Shown: piece by piece, positions 18,101-31,400 of the stretch
Layout: each line of letters opens with the position of its first letter
How positions within the stretch are numbered: the first letter of the stretch is position 1
NCBI GenBank assembly: GCA_030141605.1
Contig: JAQGDQ010000198.1
Coordinates: 310,001-374,000 of the forward strand
Direction of reading: 5' to 3'
DNA: 64,000 nt
From: Tubiluchus corallicola
Taxonomy: Eukaryota; Animalia; Priapulida
Notes under the pieces: model-generated
Told to the model about the DNA's origin: nothing
Database searches by the model: none
The model's input: the letters and a program-made list of their open reading frames with translations, nothing else
Program-made: the position numbers and the translations under genes

Positions 18101-21100
18101 AGCGTTTTAATGATAAAGAGTTGAACTGTTGAATCATTCGAATCTATAATCCAGTTCGAATTAAAAAAACTAGAACGTTCGATGCTCACCCAACTGGCAG
18201 GCAACATCGATAGGGTTTAATGAACTCGTATAAACGCTACAGGTTAACAGTGTCATGATTGTATAGCATGCTTTATGTCCAACACTCAAATGCAGTGTAT
18301 GCCAGGCCTTACAATTGTACAGGGATAATAAACATTATTTGAAACCCACTCTACCTGGCACTATACCATACTGTCCCATTAGGGAATACATTCAGCACGA
18401 AATTAGTCGTGGTCAGATTATGAAAGTGTCCATCGTTCTCGTTAGCAAAAAAGACGCTTGGCCGCCATATTTTCTTGAGATAGGTCGGATGTACAGTCAA
18501 ATGTGTCCTATTATGTGGTAATTGATCATCATAACGTAATCGCTGATCTATCCACCATTGTCGTAGTCGTATGTTGATGGTGTATTCCTATAAAACGAAT
18601 GAAAATAAAGCAAAGGCGATTGATAATTATTATTAAAGAAAAATTCTACAATTAAAAACAAGGAAATAAAGCACAATTTCAGACGGGGAATCGCGTCATT
18701 TTTCACGTCTTAAAATATATTTATCTCGCATATGTCTGTCAGACAGTTTCGGCTGGTTATATGTACACCAGGGCAAACTTAGCACGTGTTTAGGGCACCA
18801 AAGCTCACGGGGCACCAAACTTGCAAAATAGTTGAAAATAGATAAAATTTTAATAAAGTATGCTAAAGACCATTAAGATCTTTCACAATTCAAAATGTGA
18901 GATGGAAGGTTACAAGAGAATGAGGCACACTGGCTGGGTTGTTCTTTATATCGGTTGTTCTTTAACTGAAGCTGAATAGTTTTATTAATTCGCCGGTGAC
19001 GTAGCTCTTGCAGCTTGTAGTTGTATGTTTTTAAAATCGACGGGAAATAAACGTTTATCTTATCTCATCTAATCTCATCTCATCTATGCATTTCGTCATT
19101 CGCTAGTTAAACGGGAACTAGCGCCTACCTTTTAGAAACGCATTGCACAAAAACAGGTGCTGTACCTCTCAGTTTAGATGTGTTTGTTTGTGACGAACTG
19201 CACACGTTCGATAGCACAGCGGTAAATTTGAAATTAGATTTTTTTATCTTAAAACTTGCTTAGTTTTAGTACAACACACTCAATATCTTAATCCGTACCA
19301 GACAGACATTCTTCAATAAGCAAACAATCCCGTTGTTTGCAGACCCATTATGGATGTTCTTACGGCACCAACCCACCTTAATCCGTACCAAACACACATG
19401 CTTCAGTGAGCAAACAATACCATTGTTTGAAGACCCATTATGGATGTGCTTAGGGCACCAACACACCTTAATCCATACCAGACAGACATGCACCCAGTAA
19501 GCAAACAATACCATTGTTTATGGACCCGTTATGGATGTGCTTAGGGCACTAGCACATTTAAATCCGTACCAGACAGACATGCTTCAGTAAGCAAACAATG
19601 CCGTTGTTTGTAGACCCATTATGGATGTGCTTAGAGCACCAACACACGTTAATTCATACCAGACAGACATGCTTCAGTAAGCAAACAATGCCGTTGTTTG
19701 TAGACCCATTATGGATGTGCTTAGGGCACCAACACGCTTTAATCCATACCAGACAGACATGCATCAGTAAGCAAACAATACCATTGTTTGTAGGCCCATT
19801 ATGGATGGGCTTAAGGCACCAACACGCTTTAATCCATACCAGACAGACATGCATCAGTAAGAAAACAATACCGTTCTTTGTAGACCCATTATGGATGTGC
19901 TTAGGGCACCAACACACGTTAATTCATACCAGACAGACATGCATCAGTAAGCAAACAATGCCGTTGTTTGTAGAGCCAATACAGATTCAACACATACAGA
20001 AATTTAACAGTCGAACCGGAACAATATGTGCAACTGAAGTCAGTCAAACAAATTATTATTAAATTCGTCTAAAACTGAGCTGCCTGTAGCCTAACCCTCT
20101 TGCTAGGTGGCTATTGGGTTTCCCTTTTAGAAGCAGTAAAACCGGAAGTGTTCAGACGTTTATTACGCATTACCGTGCACTTGTGTGGCCAATACTTGAA
20201 CACTGAGCACTGCTCAGTCGTATAATCACCTAGCACTCCCATAAAATTGAATCTGTCCAGAGAAAATTACCAGATACGTGTGTTTGCTGGGAGGGGGGAA
20301 GTTGAAATTGTTACAACATTCCTACAAAAACACTAAACAAAAATGCTTAAAAATACGTTTTGAAATGACGTAGCATCTACATGTCTTACTGGATACAGAG
20401 CAACACTTTTTATTGTTTTTGCGTAAATGAAAATGTCAAGTGAAAATTTAAATGATTTTATAAAGGTAAACGATAAGCAGCGATGACCACTGTAACAGAA
20501 TTCGACACGATAACGATAAAAACAAATTTTTCGTATCGATAGGACAATCGACATTTATTCACACGATAATTATCGATATGTATCGTTATCGTTAATATCT
20601 CTAAGCTGCAGCGGGCATTATTATATTGACAATGTCAAACTACACCAACGGCACCGACTTCGATTGAAGAGAAGATTAAGGCATTGACCTCAATTCATTC
20701 TATATCAGCTGAGCCCAAAATGAAATTAGAATATCAAGTATCGGGGCTGCTTTACTTGGCTAAATTAAGCTTGACTAGGAGGAGACAGTGTGAATAGAAC
20801 ATTTACATTGAAAATGTCATGACTAATCTAGCAGTAATCTTCTTCGAACATCTGCTCGATCAGTCGATACTGTCGATGATAGCTTTACAACATGAAATGG
20901 GTTTGATTTTTGCATATTAATTTCCAATTCCACAAACGGAAAACTTACACAAACAATTGGCCAAACATACGATATCGACTTTTTTGGTCACGATAATATA
21001 AAAAGCATTATAATCTATATGTTTTATATTAATTTTATATAATTAATTCTATAATTATTTATATAATTTCATATTATATAAAAAGGGAATCGCTTGAAAA

Positions 21101-24100
21101 TTACCACACTGATACAACAGACTTTCGCGTATAAACCCCAAAAATTTCCGGTTACTCTCTTCAATATCTTCAAAGATACAGAAGCTTTAAAGCAACAGGT
21201 GAAAAAAAATAAATACAGGAATAAACTTTGTATGGCATATTTACAGCAAGAACTTTATGGGTCCATCATTTTCACTGCAAACTAGACGAAGGTGCTTCTT
21301 TCAACAGCTGATACAGTTTACCCCTGATACCCCTCATTCTAGGGGTACTTGCTCCCAGCACTCAACAATATTTGCCTTTAGCTCTGTGCAGCCTTCGTGC
21401 AATGTCAACTTCCATTTTTTCTGTTGTGAAAACCACGGTACAAACTTGTTGAGCTCTCTATATTTTGTTGCTATCTGTTGACTATTGAGTGTTTAAAATG
21501 CGTGGACGAGGCTATTTTCAATTGACGATTAGCTGATTTTATTCCTGCATTCAAAATTTTAACATTAAATTAAGATAAAGAAGTTTTTTGGTCGTAACTT
21601 GTAAAACTGCAAAAAGTCTAAGCTTGTGACTTTCCTAACCAAAAGCTAAAGAATTGTAGTAATTCATGCTGTGAAATTTCAACTTTAACATAACTTCTAA
21701 TGTGATTGTAGTCAACACTTCAGCATAATTTTCTTCTGCACCCCCCCCCCCTTTAATACCGTAAACACTCACCATTTCTAGAGCGTCGACAGAATCGATA
21801 CTGTCAATCATAATCTCACAGGAAACTTGAGTCGGTTTCATCACTCGATAACCTGAATAAAAAATTCTCTGTGTAAAATAAAAAAATAGGTAACAAATCT
21901 GTAGAAACGAGTTAAAGCAAACCAACACATTTCACACCAGGAAAGTTTTAGTCTTCGTATTTTTTATCCAATTAAGAAACTTATTTAAACAAAGAAAAAA
22001 ATTCAAGTCAGAATTGAAATATTCTACATTTGTTTAGAATCATAGCAATTTTGGTATTTCTGTGTTTTAATTAACCCTGAATGTGAAGCATTGTTTGCTC
22101 ACTGACTGGTTTAAGAATTTGCTGCCAATATTATCAAGCCTTTGGTTCCTTCACAATCGAATACCACACCCAAATAAACTTTCAGAAACGCAGCAAATTC
22201 ATTTTATATTGTTGTAGTATTCCAAGTAAAAACTCTAGTGCTCCTTCATTAGCTCCTAGATTTACTTCATTCAATAAATTGATTTACATACATGAACAGT
22301 TACTTCATTTTCTTCCTAGTAATGTGTTCTAATGCTCATTTCATAATCTTACTTCGTTCATAGTAATGTGGTCTAATGCTCATTTCATAACCTCACCTTG
22401 TTCATAGTAATGTGGTTTAATGCTCATTTCATAATCTCACCTTGTTCATAGTAATGTGGTTTAATGCTCATTTCATAATCTCACCTCGTTCATAGTAGTG
22501 TGGTCTGATGCTCATTTCATAATCTCACCTCGTTCATAGTAATGTGGTCTGATGCTCATGTCATAACCTCACCTCGTTCATAGTAATGCGGTCTAATGCT
22601 CATTTCATAATCTCACCTCGTTCATAGTAATGTGGTTTAATGCTCATTTCATAATCTCACCTCGTTCATAGTAGTGTGGTCTGATGCTCATTTCATAATC
22701 TCACCTCGTTCATAGTAATGTGGTCTGATGCTCATGTCATAACCTCACCTCGTTCATAGTAATGCGGTCTAATGCTCATTTCATAATCTCACCTCGTTCA
22801 TAGTAATGTGGTTTAATGCTCATTTCATAATCTCACCTCGTTCATAGTAGTGTGGTCTGATGCTCATTTCATAATCTCACCTCGTTCATAGTAATGTGGT
22901 CTGATGCTCATGTCATAATCTTACTTCGTTCATAGTAATGTGGTCTAATGCTCATTTCATAATCTTACTTCGTTCATAGTAATGTGGTCTGATGCTCATG
23001 TCATAACCTCACCTCGTTCATAGTAATGCGGTCTAATGCTCATGTCATAATCTCACCTTGTTCATAGTAATGTGGTTTAATGCTCATTTCATAATCTCAC
23101 CTCGTTCATAGTAATGTGGTCTGATGCTCATGTCATAATCTCACCTCGTTCATAGTAACGTGGTCTAATGCTTATGTCATAATCTCACCTCGTTCATAGT
23201 AACGTGGTCTAATGCTCATGTCATAATCTTACTTCGTTTATAGTAACGTGGTCTGATGCTCATTTCATAATCTCACCTCGTTCATATTAATGTGGTCTAA
23301 TGCTTATGCCATAATCTTACCTCGTTCATAGTAATGTGGTCTAATGCTCATTTCATAATCTTACCTCGTTCATAGTAATGTGATAATCTTACCTCGTTCA
23401 TAGTAATGTGGTCTGATGCTCATGTCATAATCTTCAAGTAGCTTGTCCATCAATGCAGTATTGCTGAAAGTATTCTGATCGCGTGAGGTTCGCCTAATAA
23501 AACAAATTACAAAAACTGCCGTATAAGATCAACACTGGTAAGATTATAAGTTTGTTCAGTTGCCAGTACAAAGAAACATTTTCTAAGAGAAATGTCGACA
23601 GTGGAGAAACATGACGTAATGATAAAACTTTTTAATATACGATATAGTTTCAGAGCGTGTGAAAAACAATCAAACAACTGCAGTTAAACATTCTATTTGT
23701 AACTAAAGAACCCGATTCTTCTCATATCTCTTGACGATACCCATTTTGTTATCTGCCTAGTTCAATTCACCCCTAGATTGCACGACGAACTAGCCCCCCT
23801 CCCCCTCCCTCATCTTCTCACCTCTACTCACCACTCACTCTGTCTCTGGCCATGACAATATTACCTGGTGTAACATTTCAATCAAAAATCGCGCAAATTG
23901 ACACAACTATTTGAGCTGTCAGTTACTGTACCAATGAAGGCACAAATCCATTAATTAAATTCATTATGGGGACTACTCTACTCGAAGCGAAACCACATTA
24001 GCCAAATGAATTACTATAGTTGATCAAACAAGAGCTGCTTGTCGAGTAATTGGTGGAGTATTATGAGAAAACACGATACTGCATGTCCATAAAGAGTTCT

Positions 24101-27100
24101 TGATTCGTATGTTTGTTTAGGGTCACAATGCATGCAACTCACTAGATGTATAAAACCTCGTTCACATCATTGCACGACCAGTTAAGATGTAAACAGTCGT
24201 TCACATCGTTAGGTGGGGAAATAAGATGTAAAACCTCGTTCACATCATTACGTGCGGAACTAAAATGTAAAACCTCGTTCACGTCATTACGTGCAGAAAT
24301 AAGATGTAAACCCTTGTTCACATCATTACGCAAACAATTAAGGTGTAAAACGTCGTTCACATCATTACGCGAGCAACAAAGGTGTAAAACTTCGTTCACA
24401 TCATTACGTGCAGAACTAAGATAAGATATAAACCTCGTTCGCATCATTACGTGCAGAAATAAGATGTAAACCCTTGTTCACATCATTACGCAAACAATTA
24501 AGGTGTAAAACGTCGTTCACATCATTACGTGCACAACTAAGATGTAAACCCTTGTTCAGATCATTACATGCTCAACTAAGATGTAAACCCTCGTTTACGT
24601 CATTACGTGCTCAGCTAAAATGTAAACCCTCGTTCACATCATTACGTGCGGAACTAAGATGTAAGCCCTCGTTCACATTATCACAAAAACTTTACACAGT
24701 GCCACCTAAGCAAAACAACTGTCAAACACCAGATACAACAGATATTTTTACTGTTTATTATAATGTATATTAATCTGAAAATCTATTGCAATGTAGATTG
24801 AAAAGTACAGAATTAAGATCGAATTTCATGATAAAATAATTCAGTACAATTATAAGTTGTTTTCAATATTAGAGAAAAAGTTGCATACTCTCTTAAAATT
24901 CTTGCAACGATAAAACAATAAAATTAAATTAAAAATCCGGCCTAAATACCTTTACTTTGCAATGTTTTGCTTGAAATCTTTAAAGCAAAACCGGACCCAA
25001 TTTTAAACAGAGGTCAAACAATCTACTCTTTAAAATATTGAAATGAAACATACGATTTTTTCAAAAATGACTTATTTGAAACAATTATTACCACACATAC
25101 ACAATTTCACGCCATTGGTTCTTCACTGGTACACGCATTCCGCCATTCGCTAGTTAGACGGGCACTAGCGTCTGCATTTTGCAAAAAAACAAGTTCGCTA
25201 GTTAGAGGGGCACTAGCACCTGCATTTTGGAAACACATTGCATAAAATAACAGGGGCTGTACCTCTCAGTTCAGATGTGTTAGTTTGTGACGAACTACAC
25301 ACGTTCGGCAGCTCATGGATGAGCACAGCGGTAAATTTGAATTCTTATCTTAAAACTTGCCTACCTTTAGTACAACACGCTAAACATCTTACAGTAGCAC
25401 TGTACTTCAATTAGAAGCTTTCGCAAACACGTGCAACGCGCTCGTAGAATATTTTTGCTGTTGAATATTATGTCAGTTTGTGATGTCATCAACAGTTGGG
25501 CTTGCCCGCGTTAATTAAGTTTTTAATCTGTTATTCAATTATCAGAAACGCTTTTGCAGTATTAATTGTGTTAAAATGTATACTTTTTACCGGACTTGAA
25601 AATGGGCTAGTTGTTGTGAATAAATTTATGAAAATGTATTTTGGTAGATAATTAATGGAGTTATCAGCTGAATTAGATTCAGTTGATAAACTCACGCCTG
25701 AAATAAATTTACACGGTTGAACAAGAAACTCATCCAGCCGGTAGTCCGAATTTAATGCGTTAGAATTGTCACACGAGTTATAGAAAGTGCAGGTGTCGTG
25801 TTTAAGAAAGACACTATTGTTCAACAAGGATACATGCAGAGTAGGAGCTAATTAAGAGAAGTTCTAGAGCGATTTAGTTGTCGCGTGGAAATAATTTAAT
25901 GATAGGAGCCAAGGTCTCGTATCAGTGCTCAGCGACATTAGATGGAAATCTGAAGAATTGCCGACAAGACGGTAGGAAGATCTCAAAGGCGATGGAATTC
26001 AAGAGAACTCATTACTGATTGTAAAATCAGAAGTGAAAGGGAAGTCGCTTTACGGGAGGTAGCAGATGCTTGCAGATGTTGCCATATGGTGCAATATCAT
26101 CGAAGGTCAGCTCTCAGAAATATAAGCTCTAGGAAAAGTTACCTAGACACACATCGGAGTGAACGCACGACGGGGTGACACGACTCGAGTGTCACACAAC
26201 ACGAGCGAGAGAGTCTGACAAGTGGTTTGCCACCATACCGTGTGTCCGGGACGAACTTCTACAAGACGGAAGCAGCGTTTAGCCCAGCGTGGAAAGGAAT
26301 CTACGTACTTAGCCAAGACTGAGCACTGGTGCGACGTGGTCTCGATAAGCAATCAGGATTTGATCAAGTGTAGGGGTACATTTGTCAATCCACAAGTTAA
26401 GTGGTTCAACTTATTTGTATCAGTATCCGAATAACTGTAACAGTCACATTGTATTAAGCACCTTCAGTGCAACATATCGAATTGTTAGTACTTAAAGTGA
26501 ATAGCATCTTCTCTGGAGCTATACTTTAGTTGTAAGCGCCCAAAGGCGTATAAGATCAAATCTTGTAAGTAAAGCCAGAGTCGATAACGTGTAATTGTAA
26601 TTCAATAAAGTCTGTTCACTGTAGTAACGCAGACATCGAGTTCTTGCATGATTAAGAGCGTTCACAGTAAAGCATCACTAAATCCTAGATACGAACTTGA
26701 GAGATTCGCATTGTACTAAAGGAAGCTCAATTGTGGGAGCAACGCTTGTTAACTTGAGGGAAATAGGCCTCACTCACAACGCAAGGTCGAAGTGAAAGTC
26801 TTGAGGGACAGCATCATTGCCTGATTGACTGAACTAAAGCCCTCGGAGTCAGGTGACTGAGAATCGATCAATCACCTCATAGCGAACAGGAAGCGAATCT
26901 ATATAATCTAAGATAACAATCTATACAATTAATTCATGATCACTCGATACGGCTAGATAAACTATACGATCAATCTATCGAGAAAAGAGGTCGTGATACT
27001 AGTATATGAAAAATCATCATGTCTTCCTTTAAACGTTGGATGATTCGGGAAGAAAAACATTGTCTCCTAAATCAGTCCCTTTATTTCACGGTCCCACGTG

Positions 27101-28427
27101 AAGCTGAAGAAAATGGAAGGCTGTAAAACTTGAATATCATTATCACAAAATAGTTTAGGCCACTCAATAAACTTGTGATTTTGTGATTTTGTATAAATCA
27201 CATGCCAGTCTAATTAACAAATGCTCAAGTAGCTCTCAAGCAGCATATGGCTTCCGTTGACTAGCTTAAATGTAAATGTTTGCCTGGTGTTTGGTATTTT
27301 GGGTGGCTTCATTTACCCACAACTATTGCGCTCTTCGAGGGCTTGTGTTGTTTCAACAGGTTAAAGTGAGTATCAGTTACTAGAAATATCTACCAGGCGT
27401 AAATACTAGATCATAACTCCCAGTGTTACTACAGTAAACACGCTAAAAAGTCCAATCATCCACTGCACTACGTACCACTAAAATGTAAACCCAGTGACCA
27501 GACTAATCAAATTGCAAATGACTACCAGGCGTAGTTACTAGATGCTACACAACGACTAATGTTGTTGCAATAAGGAGACTAAACAGACCAATCAATGCAG
27601 ATGACACAACCTGGTGTAAGTGCTAGATAGTAAGCAATGACTAATATTGCTACAGTAAACAGACTAATGTTGTAGATGATATGACCAGGAGTAACTCCTC
27701 GATACTAAATAACGACTAGTGTTGTACTAAACAGATTAATCGTTTCAGATGATATTGCAGATGAAGCATAAATACTAGACAGTAAATAACTGTTTGTGAC
27801 ACTTTGTGTAGTACCGTCAGTAAGCCAACGAAATATTGCAGGTGACACACGTAAGGCACAAATGCATAGATAGTATACATTACTATACCATATATACTTA
27901 GTATACAAGTCATGTACATAACTATCAACGGTAACTATAGTAAACATGCAAAGCAGATTACTAACCTGTTGCGGGCGCATGCAGGGGTCTGGGAGTATTT
28001 TGAGAGCCAACATAAAAAGACATCAATCGTAAGTGTGTGTGAAACTTAACTGCGAGAGCTCGATGAAGTTCTTAGCGTTGCAGCGTTCTCAGAGAAGCCA
28101 GTTCTTATTGCACCATGCACAACAAATTATGGAAAATCAGAATTCCGCTTTGCAAATGTGTTGCTGATAAAATGCGTGCAATAAGTAGCGAAATGAAGCT
28201 TCTGAACACAGTTATAGTGATGCTTTAAAATCTAAATTCTGTTTTGCATTTTTGGAGGTGTGTAACTTCATTACTCCTCAGGGTGTTCCGGTGATTAACA
28301 CTTGAGGGAGAGAGAGAGAGAACAAGAGAAACAGAGAAAGAGAGGGAGAGAGAGGGGGAGAGAGAAAGAGAGAGAGAGAGGGGGAGAGAGAAAAAGAGAG
28401 AGACAGAGAGAAAGAGAGAGAGAAAGG

Positions 28428-28458
<31 letters not shown>

Positions 28459-31400
28459 TGACCGCTTGTTTATACCGCTACCTAGTTTTGTCATCTTAGT
28501 TTATTTGACGCCCATAAAATAATAGTTATAATAAACGAAATAAAAATACTAAATTATTGTTCAGTGCTGCCATTTTAATGGTAAGTCATACAGGTTTAGA
28601 TAAGGTTGGGTATAGCTTAAAAAATAATCAGAGCAAACCCTGAACACTCCTTACTAACTAACCAAATAAATTACTTTATCTTGACAATAACATCAATAAC
28701 GTATTTTTGGTGAGCCAGTGGTGCACACTGAGATGGTGATGCAGACATCATGCAGTGATGTTTTACCAGGTTGCGCGTAGATTTCAAATTGCTGAAAATA
28801 TTCTTTACCAACTACAGAAGTTTTTCAGGCAAGTATGCGTAATTGGAACACACCCTAAAAGAGAAACCCTTTATACAGATATTAGCTCTCTATATCCAAA
28901 ATTTACCTACTTACCAGATGATGTCCAACTAAAATTATTATTAGGCTCAAACGATCCTGAAATTCTTCAAATTGCTTGTAATTTTGTTTTAAAATGTTTC
29001 AGTTCCAGGATGTAAATATTATAAATTTAAAAAAACGATATATATATATATATATATAATGTAAATATATATACATGTAGTTAGTTTTTTAAATTTTGTT
29101 TGACATCATCTGATAAGTAAGAAAAGTTTAGATATAGAGAGCTAATTAATATATATATATAATTAATATCACTTAAGTAGATTAAATACCGTATGCGTAT
29201 GTGTAACTACCCTAAATTTGTGTTTACGTATGTTTATGTTATACCATTGGGTTTATACATCAAAGCAATGTTTGATGTTCTGTCTTTAGTTTAAATTATA
29301 GAATTTGACTTGTATTCTTATTAACGTAGTATATGCTTTTACAGCGTTATGTATATGTATTTATATCTTTGTAAACAGTGTATGTATTGCGTGAATTGTA
29401 ATTGTAATGCACCCAATAAAATATGTTAAATAATAAAACTCTGGAAAGTTCTTTGGTGCATACTTTAAAATTCTCTTTACGAACAGTTTTCACAAAAGTT
29501 TCTGAAAAAAATTATTTCTGTTCACGAACTATCAACAAGAACTGCCATCTCATTTTAACTTCGCATGCTAAACTTGAACATGTAAGCCATTAACGAAAAA
29601 CACTGCAGTTATTTCCGCTAGTTCAGAAATTAAAGGAAATATCAGTTATCACATAAAGTTCACGCTTCAAAGTTCTCAGCATAATAAAAACGACTTTATG
29701 AGCTTAATAATTTTCTCATTTGAAGCCAATGTGGACGATTTTCTGTTGCCAAACATTTCACATTATAAGCTGAAAAACTGCTCTACCGCTCATTATGAGC
29801 ATTACGGCGAGACACGACATTTGCATTATTTTACTGGGCGCCATGCAAGTAAACCACATACGCCCAGAAACAGTTATGCAAGACAGCAGATGATCATTGC
29901 TTGTATAGGTTTACATGTGTTTTTACTATAAATTATTATATATTGTATTTATTGGGTCTCTTGACTGATATTATACAAATACGTCAAATTGTTGGTAAGC
30001 ACAATATTAAAGTAAAACCAGATCCAATCTTAAACTGTAGGTTAAAATAATCTGCTCTTTAAAATATTGAAAGGAAACATACTATTTTTCCAAAAATGGC
30101 TTACGTGAAAGAATTATTACCACACAAACACAATTTCACGTTCGCGCCATTAGTTCTTTGCTGTTACATGCATTTTGCTATTTGCATTAGACTGGCACTA
30201 GCGCCTGCAATTCGGAAAAGCATTGCACAAAAAGCAGGTGATGTACCTCTCAATTCAGATGTGTTAGTTTGTGACGAACTACACACGTTCCACAGCTCAT
30301 GCGTGAGCACAGCAGTAAATTTGAAATTTGATTTTTTATCTTAAAACTTGCCGAGGTTTAGTACAACACACTGAATATCTTACAGATACACTGTTTTTGC
30401 TGTTGAAAATTATGTTAGTTTGTGATGTTATCACTAGTTGGGCTCTCCCATCGTTAATTAAGATTTTAATCTATCCTTACTTACCAGAAACGCTTTTACA
30501 GTATTATTTGAGTTAAAATTGTATACTTTTAGCGGACTTGAAAATAGGGTAAGATATAAAAAATCATAAGATATAAGATATCTTCCTTTAAGGAATTATT
30601 GTGGTGCTATGTTAGTAAATAAAAAACATTTAAAATTCATATTTTCAAAAAAAAATACACCAATATAAAAGTACTTTTGACCATTAATTTATACGATTTT
30701 TATGACGGGAGAGTCTTCTCATAGAGGTAGTGAAATGGTTAGTATTGTGGATATATTTGTAAATGAATTACAAATATATAACTATATATTATTACTATAA
30801 AAATATATATCTATACTGGATACTAGGTTCAAATGTGAGAGCATTAATTTTGCTTTTTCCCTACATTTGTAGTGAAAGAATAGTTTTTGAGAGTTCATAT
30901 AGTAGCCAAGAACATGCTTTAGGGTGTAATTCCGTATTATTTCAAGCCATTTTAGAGATGTTCTTGAAAGATTAGTCAGAAAATGGCAGTCACACATGAA
31001 GTGTCATATCTACGCTTTTCAGGGAAACATTTCGATTCAATGATGTCTTTGTCATTTGATGTGAGTTCTGGATGTATTTTACGTACAACACAATTCGTTA
31101 CTTTGGCTAACTAACAGTGAAATTGTATTTTACTGTCGTATAAAAGTTTATGACACTGATGCAACGTATTTACGTAGTCCAACAAGGATCGTGATGAAAT
31201 ATGTTTATTTACGACAGTAACTATGTGGAGTATTGTGGACAAACTAAATTGACTATGCTTTCACTACGTGAACAGATTATCAATGGCTTATGCTTTCACT
31301 ATGTGAACAGATTATCAATGGCTTATGCTTTCACTATGTGAACAGATTATCAATGGCTTATGCTTTCACTATGTGAACAGATTATCAATGGCTTATGCTT

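Noticed and set aside
19266-20062. Cys/His-rich ORFs
   Set aside because: Translations of the 90-bp minisatellite; the unit does not match any channel exon.
25601-25611. Family B as a Helitron because this copy ends in CTAG|T
   Set aside because: Other copies end GGGTAAG or GGGGTAG, and no subterminal hairpin was evident.
28225-28499. RE-rich and SL-rich ORFs
   Set aside because: They come from the (GA)n microsatellite.
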